Both the position numbers and the translations under genes were made by a program. Under the pieces are notes generated by a model. The model worked only from the letters and a program-made list of their open reading frames with translations, had not been told where the DNA came from and did not search any database. A stretch of 64,000 nt of DNA from Thiohalomonadales bacterium (GTDB taxonomy: Bacteria > Pseudomonadota > Gammaproteobacteria > UBA6429 > Thiohalophilaceae), in NCBI GenBank assembly GCA_040235555.1, contig JBECKZ010000175.1, positions 1,350 through 65,349 of the forward strand. The letters are read 5' to 3'. This document shows positions 37,990 to 48,332 of this stretch, in pieces. Each line of letters starts with the position of its first letter. Position 1 is the first letter of the stretch.

Positions 37990-40536
37990 GTGGCTGTCAA
38001 TATACGCATCTTTAACTTCCTGAAGAAATTCCGTGTTGAAACTGATCGCACGGCCTTGAACAAGAATGCCTTACAGCAGGCCTTCCTGGATAACTTGTTT
38101 TATATACAGGGAAAATTTCCCACCCTCGCCACACAAAACGACTACTACATGGCCCTTGCTTATATGGTACGCGACCGTCTGTTGCATTGCTGGATCAGTA
38201 CCGCTTCCGAATACACTGAAAAGAGTTCACGCACCGTCGCATATCTGTCCGCAGAATTTCTCATGGGACCACATTTAGGCAATAACCTGATCAATCTCGG
38301 GATCTGTGAGGATGTCAAAACTGCAATAGAAGAGTTAGGACTCGATTTTGATCAGCTACTCGATCAGGAAGTAGAACCAGGGCTTGGCAATGGCGGTCTT
38401 GGACGACTCGCTGCCTGCTTCCTGGATTCGATGGCGAGTCTGGAGATTCCGTCGGTTGGGTATGGCATCCGTTACGAATACGGAATTTTTGATCAGGAAA
38501 TCGTCGATGGCTGGCAGGTAGAGAAAACCGACAAGTGGTTGCGTTTTGGCAATCCCTGGGAGATCGTCCGACCGGAATGGTCAGTGGAAGTCAAATTCGG
38601 TGGTTACACCCTGCATCATGCCGATGCTGAAAGTGACAGTAACACCTATGTGAAGAAACAATGGGTACCGGGAAAAACCGTGGTGGGTATACCCTATGAC
38701 ACGCCGATCCTCGGTTACAAGGTCAATACCTGCAATACCTTACGACTATGGCGTGCCGACGCACCTGAATCGTTTGACTTCGCGGTGTTTAACCGCGGTG
38801 ACTATTACGGTGCCGTCAATAGCAAAGTGGAATCGGAAAACATCAGCAAGGTCCTCTATCCTAACGACGAGCAGGTGCAGGGCAAGGAACTACGTTTACA
38901 GCAGCAATACTTTTTTACTTCCTGTTCTCTACAGGACATGTTGCGTATCATCAAAATCCAGGATGTCCCAATCAGTCATTTTCATGAAAAATTTGCAATC
39001 CAGCTGAATGATACACACCCGGCAGTTGCTATTTCTGAACTAATGCGCCTGTTGATTGACGAAAACGATATTCCCTGGACCGAGGCCTGGGCAATAACCC
39101 AAAAATCCTTTGCCTACACCAACCATACCCTGCTACCGGAAGCCCTTGAACGCTGGCCCCTGGGTATGTTTCAAAAGCTGTTACCACGTAACTTTGAAAT
39201 CATTCTCGAAATCAACGAACAATTCCTCAAACAGGTCCGCAGCAAATACCCGGATGACCATGACCGTATCGCACGCATGTCCATCGTTGACGAATTCGGC
39301 GAACGCTTTGTGCGCATGGCCAATCTGGCCTGTGCCGGTAGTTACGCCATCAATGGTGTGGCTGAGTTACACTCGGAATTACTGAAGCAGGACGTACTCA
39401 AGGATTTTTATGAATTCAGTCCGGAAAAATTCAGTAACAAGACCAACGGGGTAACCCCGCGGCGCTGGATGGTTCTGAGCAATCCTCGCCTGTCCACCTT
39501 GATTACCGAGACTATCGGTGACAAATGGATCAAGGCGCTGGATCGACTGAAAAAACTCGAACCCTATGCCACCGATGCAGCATTCTGTGATGTCTGGCGT
39601 CGCATTAAACATGACAACAAACAGGATTTTGCCAACCTGGTGAAAGCCAAGACCGGTCTGTCAATTGACCCGGATTCAATGTACGATGTGCAGGTCAAGC
39701 GCATCCATGAATACAAGCGCCAGCACCTCAACATCCTGCACGTGATTGCCCTGTATCTGAAAATCAAGGCCAATCCGAATATCAACCTGCATCCGCGTAC
39801 ATTTATTTTCGGCGGTAAAGCCGCACCTGGATATCACATGGCCAAATTGATTATCAAGCTGATCAATTCGGTGGGACAGGTCGTAAATAACGATGCCGCA
39901 ATAAGAAATCTGATTAAAGTGGTTTACCTGCCGAATTTCAATGTCAGTAACGGTCATCACGTCTACCCTGCCGCAGAACTCTCGGAACAGATTTCCACGG
40001 CAGGTAAGGAGGCCTCCGGTACCGGCAATATGAAGTTCTCGCTCAATGGCGCACTCACAATTGGAACACTGGATGGCGCCAATATTGAGATCCGGGAAGA
40101 AGTCGGTGCGGACAATTTCTTTTTATTTGGCCTGACCGCACAGGAAGTCATGGGTTTAAAGCAATCAGGTTATCACCCCTATGCCTACCTGCATGAAAAT
40201 CCCCTGCTACAGGAAATTTTTAACACCATTCGCAGTGGATTGTTCTCCAATGGAGATAGTAGCCTGTTTTCACCCTTGCTGGAAAACCTGGTTGGCCATG
40301 ATCCATATCTTGTTCTGGCAGATTTCCAGTCCTATCTCGACTGTCAGGAACAAGTAAACCAGGCGTACCAGGATCAAACAGACTGGACCCGCATGTCGAT
40401 CCTGAACGCTGCCCGCTGTGGCAAATTTTCCTCTGACCGCAGCATCAGGGAATACAGCAAGGATATCTGGAACGTCAAACCTGTGCCGATAAAACTCTTG
40501 AGTGTCGATGATGTCAAGGCAGATATCGCGCAATGA
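37990..40536 (+). CDS. glgP: glycogen/maltodextrin phosphorylase
   Basis: 848 aa. EASGTGNMKF PLP-lysine motif, LGNGGLGRLAACFLDS and HEYKRQ. Confidence 0.92.
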   Translation: MAVNIRIFNFLKKFRVETDRTALNKNALQQAFLDNLFYIQGKFPTLATQNDYYMALAYMVRDRLLHCWISTASEYTEKSSRTVAYLSAEFLMGPHLGNNLINLGICEDVKTAIEELGLDFDQLLDQEVEPGLGNGGLGRLAACFLDSMASLEIPSVGYGIRYEYGIFDQEIVDGWQVEKTDKWLRFGNPWEIVRPEWSVEVKFGGYTLHHADAESDSNTYVKKQWVPGKTVVGIPYDTPILGYKVNTCNTLRLWRADAPESFDFAVFNRGDYYGAVNSKVESENISKVLYPNDEQVQGKELRLQQQYFFTSCSLQDMLRIIKIQDVPISHFHEKFAIQLNDTHPAVAISELMRLLIDENDIPWTEAWAITQKSFAYTNHTLLPEALERWPLGMFQKLLPRNFEIILEINEQFLKQVRSKYPDDHDRIARMSIVDEFGERFVRMANLACAGSYAINGVAELHSELLKQDVLKDFYEFSPEKFSNKTNGVTPRRWMVLSNPRLSTLITETIGDKWIKALDRLKKLEPYATDAAFCDVWRRIKHDNKQDFANLVKAKTGLSIDPDSMYDVQVKRIHEYKRQHLNILHVIALYLKIKANPNINLHPRTFIFGGKAAPGYHMAKLIIKLINSVGQVVNNDAAIRNLIKVVYLPNFNVSNGHHVYPAAELSEQISTAGKEASGTGNMKFSLNGALTIGTLDGANIEIREEVGADNFFLFGLTAQEVMGLKQSGYHPYAYLHENPLLQEIFNTIRSGLFSNGDSSLFSPLLENLVGHDPYLVLADFQSYLDCQEQVNQAYQDQTDWTRMSILNAARCGKFSSDRSIREYSKDIWNVKPVPIKLLSVDDVKADIAQ

Positions 40537-40775
40537 ATCGAGTTAACGAGAAGATTGACTCGCCTCACGATTTTCATTCTGGACAAGGTATGCATATCTT
40601 CAGCTAGTACAGAACTAGCGCACAACAAACTCTGCTTTGACCTTAATTAAGTTGGCGTAATGAACAATACTCATCGAAAATAATGATAATACGTGTGCGC
40701 CAGCAATCGATTCTGGCGTAGAATATTCCGCGCAAACTTTTGGGCAACAAATATACAAATGCGCAGGAGGTAATC

Positions 40776-41807
40776 ATGAACAATCATGTAAAAAAAATCA
40801 CCATTTTGGGATGTTTCACCATCGCGACGCTACTGCTCACCGCATGTAACAAACAAGAACAACCCGCAAAGTCGACGCAACCGGAAACATCGGTGTCATC
40901 TCAATCAACCCCAAGTTTACCGGATGTGATTAGTTTCAAGAAAATGGCTCTGTATCCGGAAGGCCTCGAATATGATGTGAAAAATAATCGGTTCCTGGTC
41001 ACTTCCCTGCATGAAGGTACGGTCGGAACCGTCACCCCGGATGGTCATTACCAGGTCCTGTTCCAGGACAGTCACATGGTGTCGGCCATTGGCATCCGCG
41101 TGGACAAGATGCGTGACCGCGTGCTGGTGTGTAACTCTGACCCAGGCGTCAGTATCCACACCAACAAAGAAACCCAGGGCAAGCTTGCCGGGCTCGCCGT
41201 GTTCCAGCTCTCGACCGGCAAGCTGATTAAATATATCGACCTGGCTGGCCTCAGCAATGGTGGTGGCCATTTCTGCAACGATATCGCGCTGAATGAAGCC
41301 ACCGGTGTGGCCTATGCCACTGACAGCTTCTCGCCGATTATCTATAAAATCGATGCAGACAATAATGCCTCAATCCTGCTGAAGAATGATCGTTTTCTTG
41401 GCAAAGGTTTTAATCTCAATGGAATCGTGGTGAAGGATAATTATCTGGTGGTTGCCAAGGACAATGATGGTCTGCTATTCAAGGTGCCCCTGGATGACCC
41501 GGAAAAATTTACCGAGGTCAAAATTCCGGAAAAACTGGTAGGTGCGGATGGTCTGTTGTGGGCATCAGACGGTTCCCTCATTGTCATAGCCAACGCGGAT
41601 ACCAACAAGGTATTTAAGCTCAGTAGCGACGATAATTGGGCATCAGCGAAGATTGTCAACAGTGTCCCGACTGGGCAGGTCTTCGCAACCACGGGTGTCG
41701 ATATTAGTGGCAATATCTACGTCCTGTACGCAATGTTGCACGTGTTGTTTAATCCCGAAACCAAACAGCAGGTAGAGACATTCGAGATTCATAAAGTAGC
41801 ACTGTAA
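40776..41807 (+). CDS. lipoprotein with SMP-30/gluconolactonase/LRE-like beta-propeller
   Basis: AGGAGG RBS before ATG 40776. Lipobox LLLTAC. Repetitive propeller-like sequence. The family call is tentative. Confidence 0.6.
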   Translation: MNNHVKKITILGCFTIATLLLTACNKQEQPAKSTQPETSVSSQSTPSLPDVISFKKMALYPEGLEYDVKNNRFLVTSLHEGTVGTVTPDGHYQVLFQDSHMVSAIGIRVDKMRDRVLVCNSDPGVSIHTNKETQGKLAGLAVFQLSTGKLIKYIDLAGLSNGGGHFCNDIALNEATGVAYATDSFSPIIYKIDADNNASILLKNDRFLGKGFNLNGIVVKDNYLVVAKDNDGLLFKVPLDDPEKFTEVKIPEKLVGADGLLWASDGSLIVIANADTNKVFKLSSDDNWASAKIVNSVPTGQVFATTGVDISGNIYVLYAMLHVLFNPETKQQVETFEIHKVAL

Positions 41808-41840
41808 TCACGTCTGGCTGGATAGCTTTAAGCACAAAAT

Positions 41841-41871
41841 AAAAAGGCTCCGAAAGGAGCCTTTTTATTTT
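41841..41871 (+). terminator. rho-independent terminator
   Basis: AAAAAGGCTCC-GAAA-GGAGCCTTTTT followed by ATTTT. Confidence 0.85.
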
Positions 41872-42032
41872 CCGAACCAACAAAACTCGACTGGATTATC
41901 TGACATAACCCTGTTTCTGGCGCATACTTATCGCTGAGATAGATATCCGCAAATCAATCTGACCAACAAACCATCTGTCTGCCCTGTGGTCTAACGAAGC
42001 AAAATGACATACGCCTGCAAAGGGAGAATCAT

Positions 42033-42926
42033 ATGGAAAACGTGGGTTTCATTGGACTAGGGGCCATGGGTTCTGGCATGGCACGCAATGTTCGCAAGCG
42101 TGGCTACACCCTGGGGGTCTATAACCGTAATATCATACGTTGCCAGTCCTTCATGGAGGAAGGTAGCACGGTATATTCCAGCCCCGCCGATGCCGTATTC
42201 TTTAATGACATCGTGATCATCATGGTGACTGACCCACCAGCACTTGCACAAATCGTCGAAGGCGAAAACGGCATCCTTGCTGGACTGAGCAGAAAAACGA
42301 CCGGCGATAGCCTGATCATCAACATGAGTACCGTCTCACCACAATCAACCCTGGATACTGCCGCCAGGATCCGGTCCGCCGGTGGCCGCTTTGTTGATGC
42401 ACCGGTGTCGGGTACCGTTAAACCGGCACAGGAAGGCACCTTAATCATACTCGCTGCGGGCGAGGATGCAGATGTCAATGCCGCTGAACCGGTTTTGAAG
42501 TCTATGGGTAAAGCAATTATTCGGTGCGGTGCAGTTGGCCAGGCCACACGAATGAAGTTAGTCCTCAATCTCATGCTAGCTGGCATGATGCAATGTCTGG
42601 CCGAAGGTCTCAGTCTCGCCGAGACACAGAGCCTGGATGGGGCTGCTGTGCTAGCCGCCCTCAGTGGCGGCCCTTTAGGTGCAGGTCTGTATCAGATGAA
42701 GGGGAACATGATGCTGGACGATGACTTTAGCAAGCAATTCCCGGTGGATCTCATGTTCAAGGACCTGAACCTGGTACTTGAGGCAGCAGGCCATACCCGC
42801 CTGCCACTGCCTATGACTGCAGCTGTGCGCGAGACGTTCAGCGCAGCGCGTGGTCTGGGTTATGGCAACGAAGACATGGCTGCGGTGATCAAGGTTTTAC
42901 GTCAGTATCGCGATCGAATGGCATAG
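42033..42926 (+). CDS. NAD(P)-dependent beta-hydroxyacid dehydrogenase (3-hydroxyisobutyrate dehydrogenase family)
   Basis: VGFIGLGAMGSGMARN Rossmann motif and DAPVSG. Confidence 0.85.
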   Translation: MENVGFIGLGAMGSGMARNVRKRGYTLGVYNRNIIRCQSFMEEGSTVYSSPADAVFFNDIVIIMVTDPPALAQIVEGENGILAGLSRKTTGDSLIINMSTVSPQSTLDTAARIRSAGGRFVDAPVSGTVKPAQEGTLIILAAGEDADVNAAEPVLKSMGKAIIRCGAVGQATRMKLVLNLMLAGMMQCLAEGLSLAETQSLDGAAVLAALSGGPLGAGLYQMKGNMMLDDDFSKQFPVDLMFKDLNLVLEAAGHTRLPLPMTAAVRETFSAARGLGYGNEDMAAVIKVLRQYRDRMA

Positions 42927-43277
42927 CGATTCCAATTAGGTCCCACTGGTTTAACTCTCTAGCCGCACGCTCATTACCCGGGTGGATGGGCAGTTATCAC
43001 AGCAACAGCCCTCTCCCTGGGCCGGGATATCATGCTGCCTTCCCCCATTCTTACCGTTTCAGGCAGCACCAGAAACTGGAAAAGTATTCTGGATCTTGAA
43101 TCTCGCCACAAGACTAAGTCCTACCGCGAGGATGCTCAGGCATGGCAATTCTGGCTCGACTGCCCTAAATATCACCTCGCTTCTCGTCGATACTATACTT
43201 ATAGGCATTGATTATCGTTCAGTAACAGTATCTCTTACCTTACTTATTTCATGGATTAGATCTGACGAGAGAGTATC

Positions 43278-43721
43278 ATGATGGGCACAGTAGAACACTT
43301 ACTGGCTGACAAAGGCTACAAAATCTGGTCGATCCCGCCCGATGCGACGGTGTTTGACGCGATCAAGCTCATGGCAGAGAAAGACATTGGCGCCTTACCG
43401 GTTGTGGAAGACAGCAAACTGATTGGAATCTTTTCCGAACGTGATTACACCCGCAAGGTCATTTTGCAGGATCGCTCCTCCAAAAATACCAGGGTCAGCG
43501 ACATCATGACTGTTGATGTCTTCCACATTACACCGACGATGGGCATCGACGAATGTATGCGCATTATGTCCAAGAATCATTTTCGTCACTTGCCAGTAGT
43601 TCTCGATAATGAACTCATTGGCATCATCTCAATTCTCGATGTCGTCAAGGCCGTGATCGATGCACAAAAAGAGAAGATCCAGCATCTGGAGCATGACATC
43701 AGCTGGGGTGAATCTTACTAG
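43278..43721 (+). CDS. CBS-domain pair protein
   Basis: Two CBS repeats (ALPVVEDSKLIGIFSERD; HLPVVLDNELIGIISILD). Confidence 0.85.
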   Translation: MMGTVEHLLADKGYKIWSIPPDATVFDAIKLMAEKDIGALPVVEDSKLIGIFSERDYTRKVILQDRSSKNTRVSDIMTVDVFHITPTMGIDECMRIMSKNHFRHLPVVLDNELIGIISILDVVKAVIDAQKEKIQHLEHDISWGESY

Positions 43722-43919
43722 CCCCTGCAAGTTTTTACATAGCAATAATCCCACATACAAATCCAAGATACTCAAAACATCACCAGGTATATAACGTTTT
43801 AAATCTGGCCGCGTCTCTCCCCCTTCTCGCCGCAGGCTAAAGCCTGTGTGAAACTGATAAGATCCGAGTCTTATATTCAAATCAAAATAAAAAGGGGGAG
43901 CGATAAGAACGCAGCAGGT

Positions 43920-44633
43920 TTAATACTGCAGATTCAAAGCGCCACACAGAAACCGCATAAAACTGTCCGCTGCCTGAAATCGTGTTAGTACCTGTTTGGG
44001 AAAACGTGAGCCTAATACTACACTCTCTGGTAATTCGGAAATCGCAATAAAATCCTTGCGCTTGATGTCTTCGAGCAGGGGATGATTCTTGGCATAACCC
44101 CGAGGCGGGCGACTCAGTGTCTCACCACCTAAGGCAAAGTATCGGGTAAATCGCTTGTCCTGTATTGCCGCGGACCAGTTTCTACTTTGTTCGCTGATCG
44201 CGTCACGCATCTTGCCCAGGGCCACGGCATCCGGTCGCCAGATGCCGACACCAACAAAGCAGTCACCGGGGGCGATGTGAACATAAAAACCCGGCGCATG
44301 CACATCCTGACCCCGCTCATGCCGAAACTGGATCCCGATGTTAGTTTTATACGGCGTCTTGTCCTTACTAAATCGGATATCCCGGTAGACACGCATGAGC
44401 GATCCACCTGCTTTCCTGGCTTGCGCCATAAAATGAGGTGACAATTGCGCCAAATCATCGGCCATGTCCTCGATAAAGTGTAGTGCTGGAATACGGACCA
44501 TCTCTTCATAGATTGGTTTGTTTTGTTCAAACCACTCGCGATTATTGTTTCTGGCCAATTTTCGCAAAAATGTTATGGTCTGGTCTGAAAAGTAAGTATT
44601 TGCCATTGGACTATTCCCTGTAAAGGCACTCAC
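43920..44633 (-). CDS. DUF2461 / TIGR02453 family protein
   Basis: FLRKLARNNNREWFEQNKPIYEE signature near the N-terminus. Confidence 0.75.
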   Translation of the reverse strand: MSAFTGNSPMANTYFSDQTITFLRKLARNNNREWFEQNKPIYEEMVRIPALHFIEDMADDLAQLSPHFMAQARKAGGSLMRVYRDIRFSKDKTPYKTNIGIQFRHERGQDVHAPGFYVHIAPGDCFVGVGIWRPDAVALGKMRDAISEQSRNWSAAIQDKRFTRYFALGGETLSRPPRGYAKNHPLLEDIKRKDFIAISELPESVVLGSRFPKQVLTRFQAADSFMRFLCGALNLQY

Positions 44634-44871
44634 ACCAGCATAGCAGCTCTGACATCGATCGACATATCCCTGGCAAGGTCAACGATCCGTCGGTACAGCC
44701 AGTTTTGCACTTCGAACTGTATTCGTGATCCAGACAGGGCGTTGGTGCAGATGAAATTTTTATCAAATCACATAGTGTAAGACTCGAATTTTAACCCGAC
44801 TCACGCTATGGTACGTTAAACCATGGAAATCGTTTGAACGATAATAATCTCGAGGCTACAGGGGAACTATC

Positions 44872-45468
44872 ATGAGTACAGCAACAATCGTCGTATTGGT
44901 GGTCATCGCGGTGGTGATTTTATATGTCATTTCCATTTACAACCAACTGGTCACCCTGAAAAATCGCTACAAAAATGCCTTTGCCCAAATCGAGGTGCAA
45001 CTAAAGCGACGCTATGACCTCATCCCCAATCTGGTCGAAACGGCCAAGGCCTATATCAAACATGAACGTGAAACCCTCGAAGCCGTCATCGCCGCCCGTA
45101 ACCAGGCAATGACCGGCCTGCGCAAGGCCGCCTCTGATCCCGCGAATGCAGATGCCATTAAAGAACTTTCAGGCGCCGAGGGTGCGTTGACTGGCGCCCT
45201 TGGTAGAATGAACATGGTGATGGAAGCGTATCCGGACCTCAAGGCCAATCAGAACATGATGCAGCTCTCCGAAGAACTGACCAGCACTGAGAACAAAGTT
45301 GCCTTTGCCCGCCAGGCCTTCAACGACCAGGTAATGGCTTATAACACCTATAAACAATCGTTTCCGCCCGCTATCTTCGCCGCGAGCTTCGGTCATGCCA
45401 AGGACGCGGCCCTGCTTGAATTCGAAGACCATCAGGCTATTCAGGCAGCCCCGAAAGTTTCCTTTTAA
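44872..45468 (+). CDS. LemA family protein
   Basis: An N-terminal TM segment followed by [34 protein letters not shown]. Confidence 0.9.
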   Translation: MSTATIVVLVVIAVVILYVISIYNQLVTLKNRYKNAFAQIEVQLKRRYDLIPNLVETAKAYIKHERETLEAVIAARNQAMTGLRKAASDPANADAIKELSGAEGALTGALGRMNMVMEAYPDLKANQNMMQLSEELTSTENKVAFARQAFNDQVMAYNTYKQSFPPAIFAASFGHAKDAALLEFEDHQAIQAAPKVSF

Positions 45469-45501
45469 ATCCGTTGTACTTGCATAGCTGCAACGATTGA
45501 T

Positions 45502-47418
45502 ATGGACTTTTTCCAAGCGCAGGATAATGCCCGTCGCAACACGACGCGCCTGGTGATCCTGTTTGCGCTTGCTGTACTGACTCTGGTTGTGATGACCAAC
45601 TTTCTGGTCATGCTGGTACTCGCCTACTTTAATCGCCATGGTGTCATGTCCGGCCAACAATTTATGAGCAATTTCGATTGGCACCTGTTTGGGATGGTTG
45701 GCACCGGGGTTATCGTCGTGGTTCTGGTCGGTAGTCTGTATAAACTTTTACAGTTGGCTGCAGGTGGCAAAATAGTGGCCGAATCCCTGGGCGGCCGATT
45801 GATCAGCCTCAACACATCTCATCCGGCGCACCGCAAGGTTCTCAATGTCGTGGAAGAGATGGCTATTGCCTCCGGAACCCCCGTGCCACCGGTGTATGTG
45901 ATGGAAGACGAAACCGGGATCAATGCCTTTGCTGCCGGCTATACCACCGGTGATGCCGTGATCGGTGTGACCCGTGGTTGCATTGAACAATTAAACCGGG
46001 AACAGTTACAAGGTGTGATCGCGCACGAATTCAGTCATATCCTCAACGGCGACATGCGCATGAACATCCGCCTGATTGGCATCCTGCACGGCATTTTAGT
46101 GATCGGGTTAATTGGCTACTACATCCTGCGTACCACCAGTTACTCTCGCAGCAGCCGTTCGAATAACAGCGCGGGCCCGATTCTCGGCCTGGGGCTTGGA
46201 CTGATGGTGATTGGTTTTGCCGGTACCTTCTTCGGTAACTGGATCAAGGCCATGTTAAGCCGGCAACGGGAGTTTCTGGCCGATGCCTCGGCCGTGCAGT
46301 TTACCCGCAATCCCGATGGTATCGCCGGTGCGCTGAAACGGATTGGCGGCCTTAGTGCAGGCTCGATCATCGACAACCCTGCTGCACCGGAAATGAGTCA
46401 TGCCTTTTTTAGCAACGGCATCAAGTCGTTTATAACATCTATGTTCGCCACTCACCCACCTCTGGAGCAACGCATTCGTCGCATTGATCGCCACTGGGAT
46501 GGAAAATTTATCAAACCCCGCACTGATTTCAGTGACGAGGTAAGCGAACCGACTGAAAAGCATGTCTCGCCTGCTGCTGTTGCAGCGGGTGTCACAGCTG
46601 CACAGGTGATGCAAACCATCGAGCAAATCGGTCAACCCAGTGATACTCATCTGGGATATGCCATCCAGCTACTCAATGAACTTCCACTTGAACTTAAGCT
46701 GGCAGCGCGTGAGCCGTACAAGGCACGCTCACTGATTTATACCCTGGTGATTAACACTGAACCCCATATTCGCGATGCACAGTTGGTCCATCTCAAGGCA
46801 CACGGCGATGAAGGTGTTTATCAGGAAACAATTGCACTACTGCCACGCATCAATAGTCTGGACAAGGCGTTGCGCCTGCCCCTGATCGATATTGCTATGG
46901 GCGCCCTGCGCCAGTTATCGCCGGCACAATATGTCCTGTTTAAGAAGAATCTGCACAGCCTGATCGAAGCTGACAATAAAATTGATCTGTTCGAGTGGGT
47001 CCTGCAGAAAATCGTGCATCACCACCTCGATAATGAATTTGAGGATCGCTCTCCCCTCAGCCGCACGGCAAAGTATTCCGGTGTTGACCAATTACACCAG
47101 GAATGTACCCTGGTTTTTTCTCTGCTTGCCCATTCAGAACATGCAGACAAGACCATGGCGCAGCATGCTTTTGCTGCCGCCGCACAACTGCTGCAACAGC
47201 AAGACATGGCAATCCTGCCCGAGTCCACAATTAATCTGGCTGCACTGAATGCGGCAATCGACAAACTGGCATTGCTTACACCGCTGGCCAAACCGCAATT
47301 TCTAAAAGCTTGCGTAGCCTGTGTCATGGCCGACCAACACATTACGGCATCTGAAATAGAGCTGTTACGCGCAATCGCCAATGCTATCGATTGCCCCATG
47401 CCACCACTGAAGATTTAA
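45502..47418 (+). CDS. M48-family zinc metallopeptidase with ~300-aa C-terminal extension
   Basis: HEFSHILNGD (HExxH) between TM segments. The C-terminal helical region ends ITASEIELLRAIANAIDCP, which is TerB-like. Confidence 0.8.
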   Translation: MDFFQAQDNARRNTTRLVILFALAVLTLVVMTNFLVMLVLAYFNRHGVMSGQQFMSNFDWHLFGMVGTGVIVVVLVGSLYKLLQLAAGGKIVAESLGGRLISLNTSHPAHRKVLNVVEEMAIASGTPVPPVYVMEDETGINAFAAGYTTGDAVIGVTRGCIEQLNREQLQGVIAHEFSHILNGDMRMNIRLIGILHGILVIGLIGYYILRTTSYSRSSRSNNSAGPILGLGLGLMVIGFAGTFFGNWIKAMLSRQREFLADASAVQFTRNPDGIAGALKRIGGLSAGSIIDNPAAPEMSHAFFSNGIKSFITSMFATHPPLEQRIRRIDRHWDGKFIKPRTDFSDEVSEPTEKHVSPAAVAAGVTAAQVMQTIEQIGQPSDTHLGYAIQLLNELPLELKLAAREPYKARSLIYTLVINTEPHIRDAQLVHLKAHGDEGVYQETIALLPRINSLDKALRLPLIDIAMGALRQLSPAQYVLFKKNLHSLIEADNKIDLFEWVLQKIVHHHLDNEFEDRSPLSRTAKYSGVDQLHQECTLVFSLLAHSEHADKTMAQHAFAAAAQLLQQQDMAILPESTINLAALNAAIDKLALLTPLAKPQFLKACVACVMADQHITASEIELLRAIANAIDCPMPPLKI

Positions 47419-47630
47419 CTTGTTAACCTGGCATACGTAACTCGCAGTCGGGTAAATCGAGTTTGTCAATTTGTGTTCTTCGCAGAATTAAACCTTGTTG
47501 CCGACTCAGTGTCTATTGAACTGCCCAATGCTCACTGGCCAGCTGCCATACAAGTAGTATTTTCGGTAAACTATTTTGTAAAATCGCCTTGTTTTGTCAT
47601 CTAACCAATCACTGGATTTTTGTACGAATC

Positions 47631-48329
47631 ATGCAAAGTATCTTGGTTACAGGAAGCAATCGTGGGCTGGGTCTGGAATGGGTCCGGCAATATGCTGATC
47701 TGGGTTGGCGCGTGTTCGCCACCTGCCGCTTTCCGGAACAGGCTGATGCCCTGCAGCAGCATGCCGAACACTATTCCAACCTGACAGTGCATCGTCTGGA
47801 TGTCACAAATGCAACTCATGTCCAGCAACTTTCCACTGAAATAGGACCACACCCACTGGATATCCTGGTGAATAATGCAGGTGTGTATTTTGAACGCTGG
47901 GGTAAAGACACACTCGGGGGTATTGATTACACCGCGTGGTTGGAAACCTACCAGGTCAATGTCCTTGGCGCGATGCGGCTGACGGAAGCCTTGCGCAATT
48001 CACTGGTGCGGGGTGACAAGCGACTAGTAGTCATGACCACCAGTCACATGGGCAGTATAGCTGACATCGCTGGCCCCAATGATTACGCCTACCGTTCCAG
48101 CAAGGCTGCACTCAATGCGGTGGTGAAAGGCCTGAGTTATGAACTGGCACCACTGGGTATCGGTATTCTGCTGGTGCATCCCGGTTGGGTCCGCACCCGC
48201 ATGGGCGGTACTACGGGCCGTTTTACGGTGAATGAGAGTGTGAACAATATGCGTAAACTGGTGGATAACTTTAACATACGCAACAGCGGTCACTTTTATC
48301 GCTATGATGGTGTTATCATTCCCTGGTAA
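47631..48329 (+). CDS. short-chain dehydrogenase/reductase
   Basis: ILVTGSNRGLG, NNAG and YRSSK catalytic motifs. ATG 47631 is preferred to TTG 47589. Confidence 0.85.
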   Translation: MQSILVTGSNRGLGLEWVRQYADLGWRVFATCRFPEQADALQQHAEHYSNLTVHRLDVTNATHVQQLSTEIGPHPLDILVNNAGVYFERWGKDTLGGIDYTAWLETYQVNVLGAMRLTEALRNSLVRGDKRLVVMTTSHMGSIADIAGPNDYAYRSSKAALNAVVKGLSYELAPLGIGILLVHPGWVRTRMGGTTGRFTVNESVNNMRKLVDNFNIRNSGHFYRYDGVIIPW

Positions 48330-48332
48330 GAC

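Noticed and set aside
42982-43281. 99-aa GTG-initiated ORF in the 350-bp spacer before the CBS gene
   Set aside because: No RBS, and the sequence is low-complexity and non-coding-like. It overlaps the CBS start and is treated as non-coding spacer.
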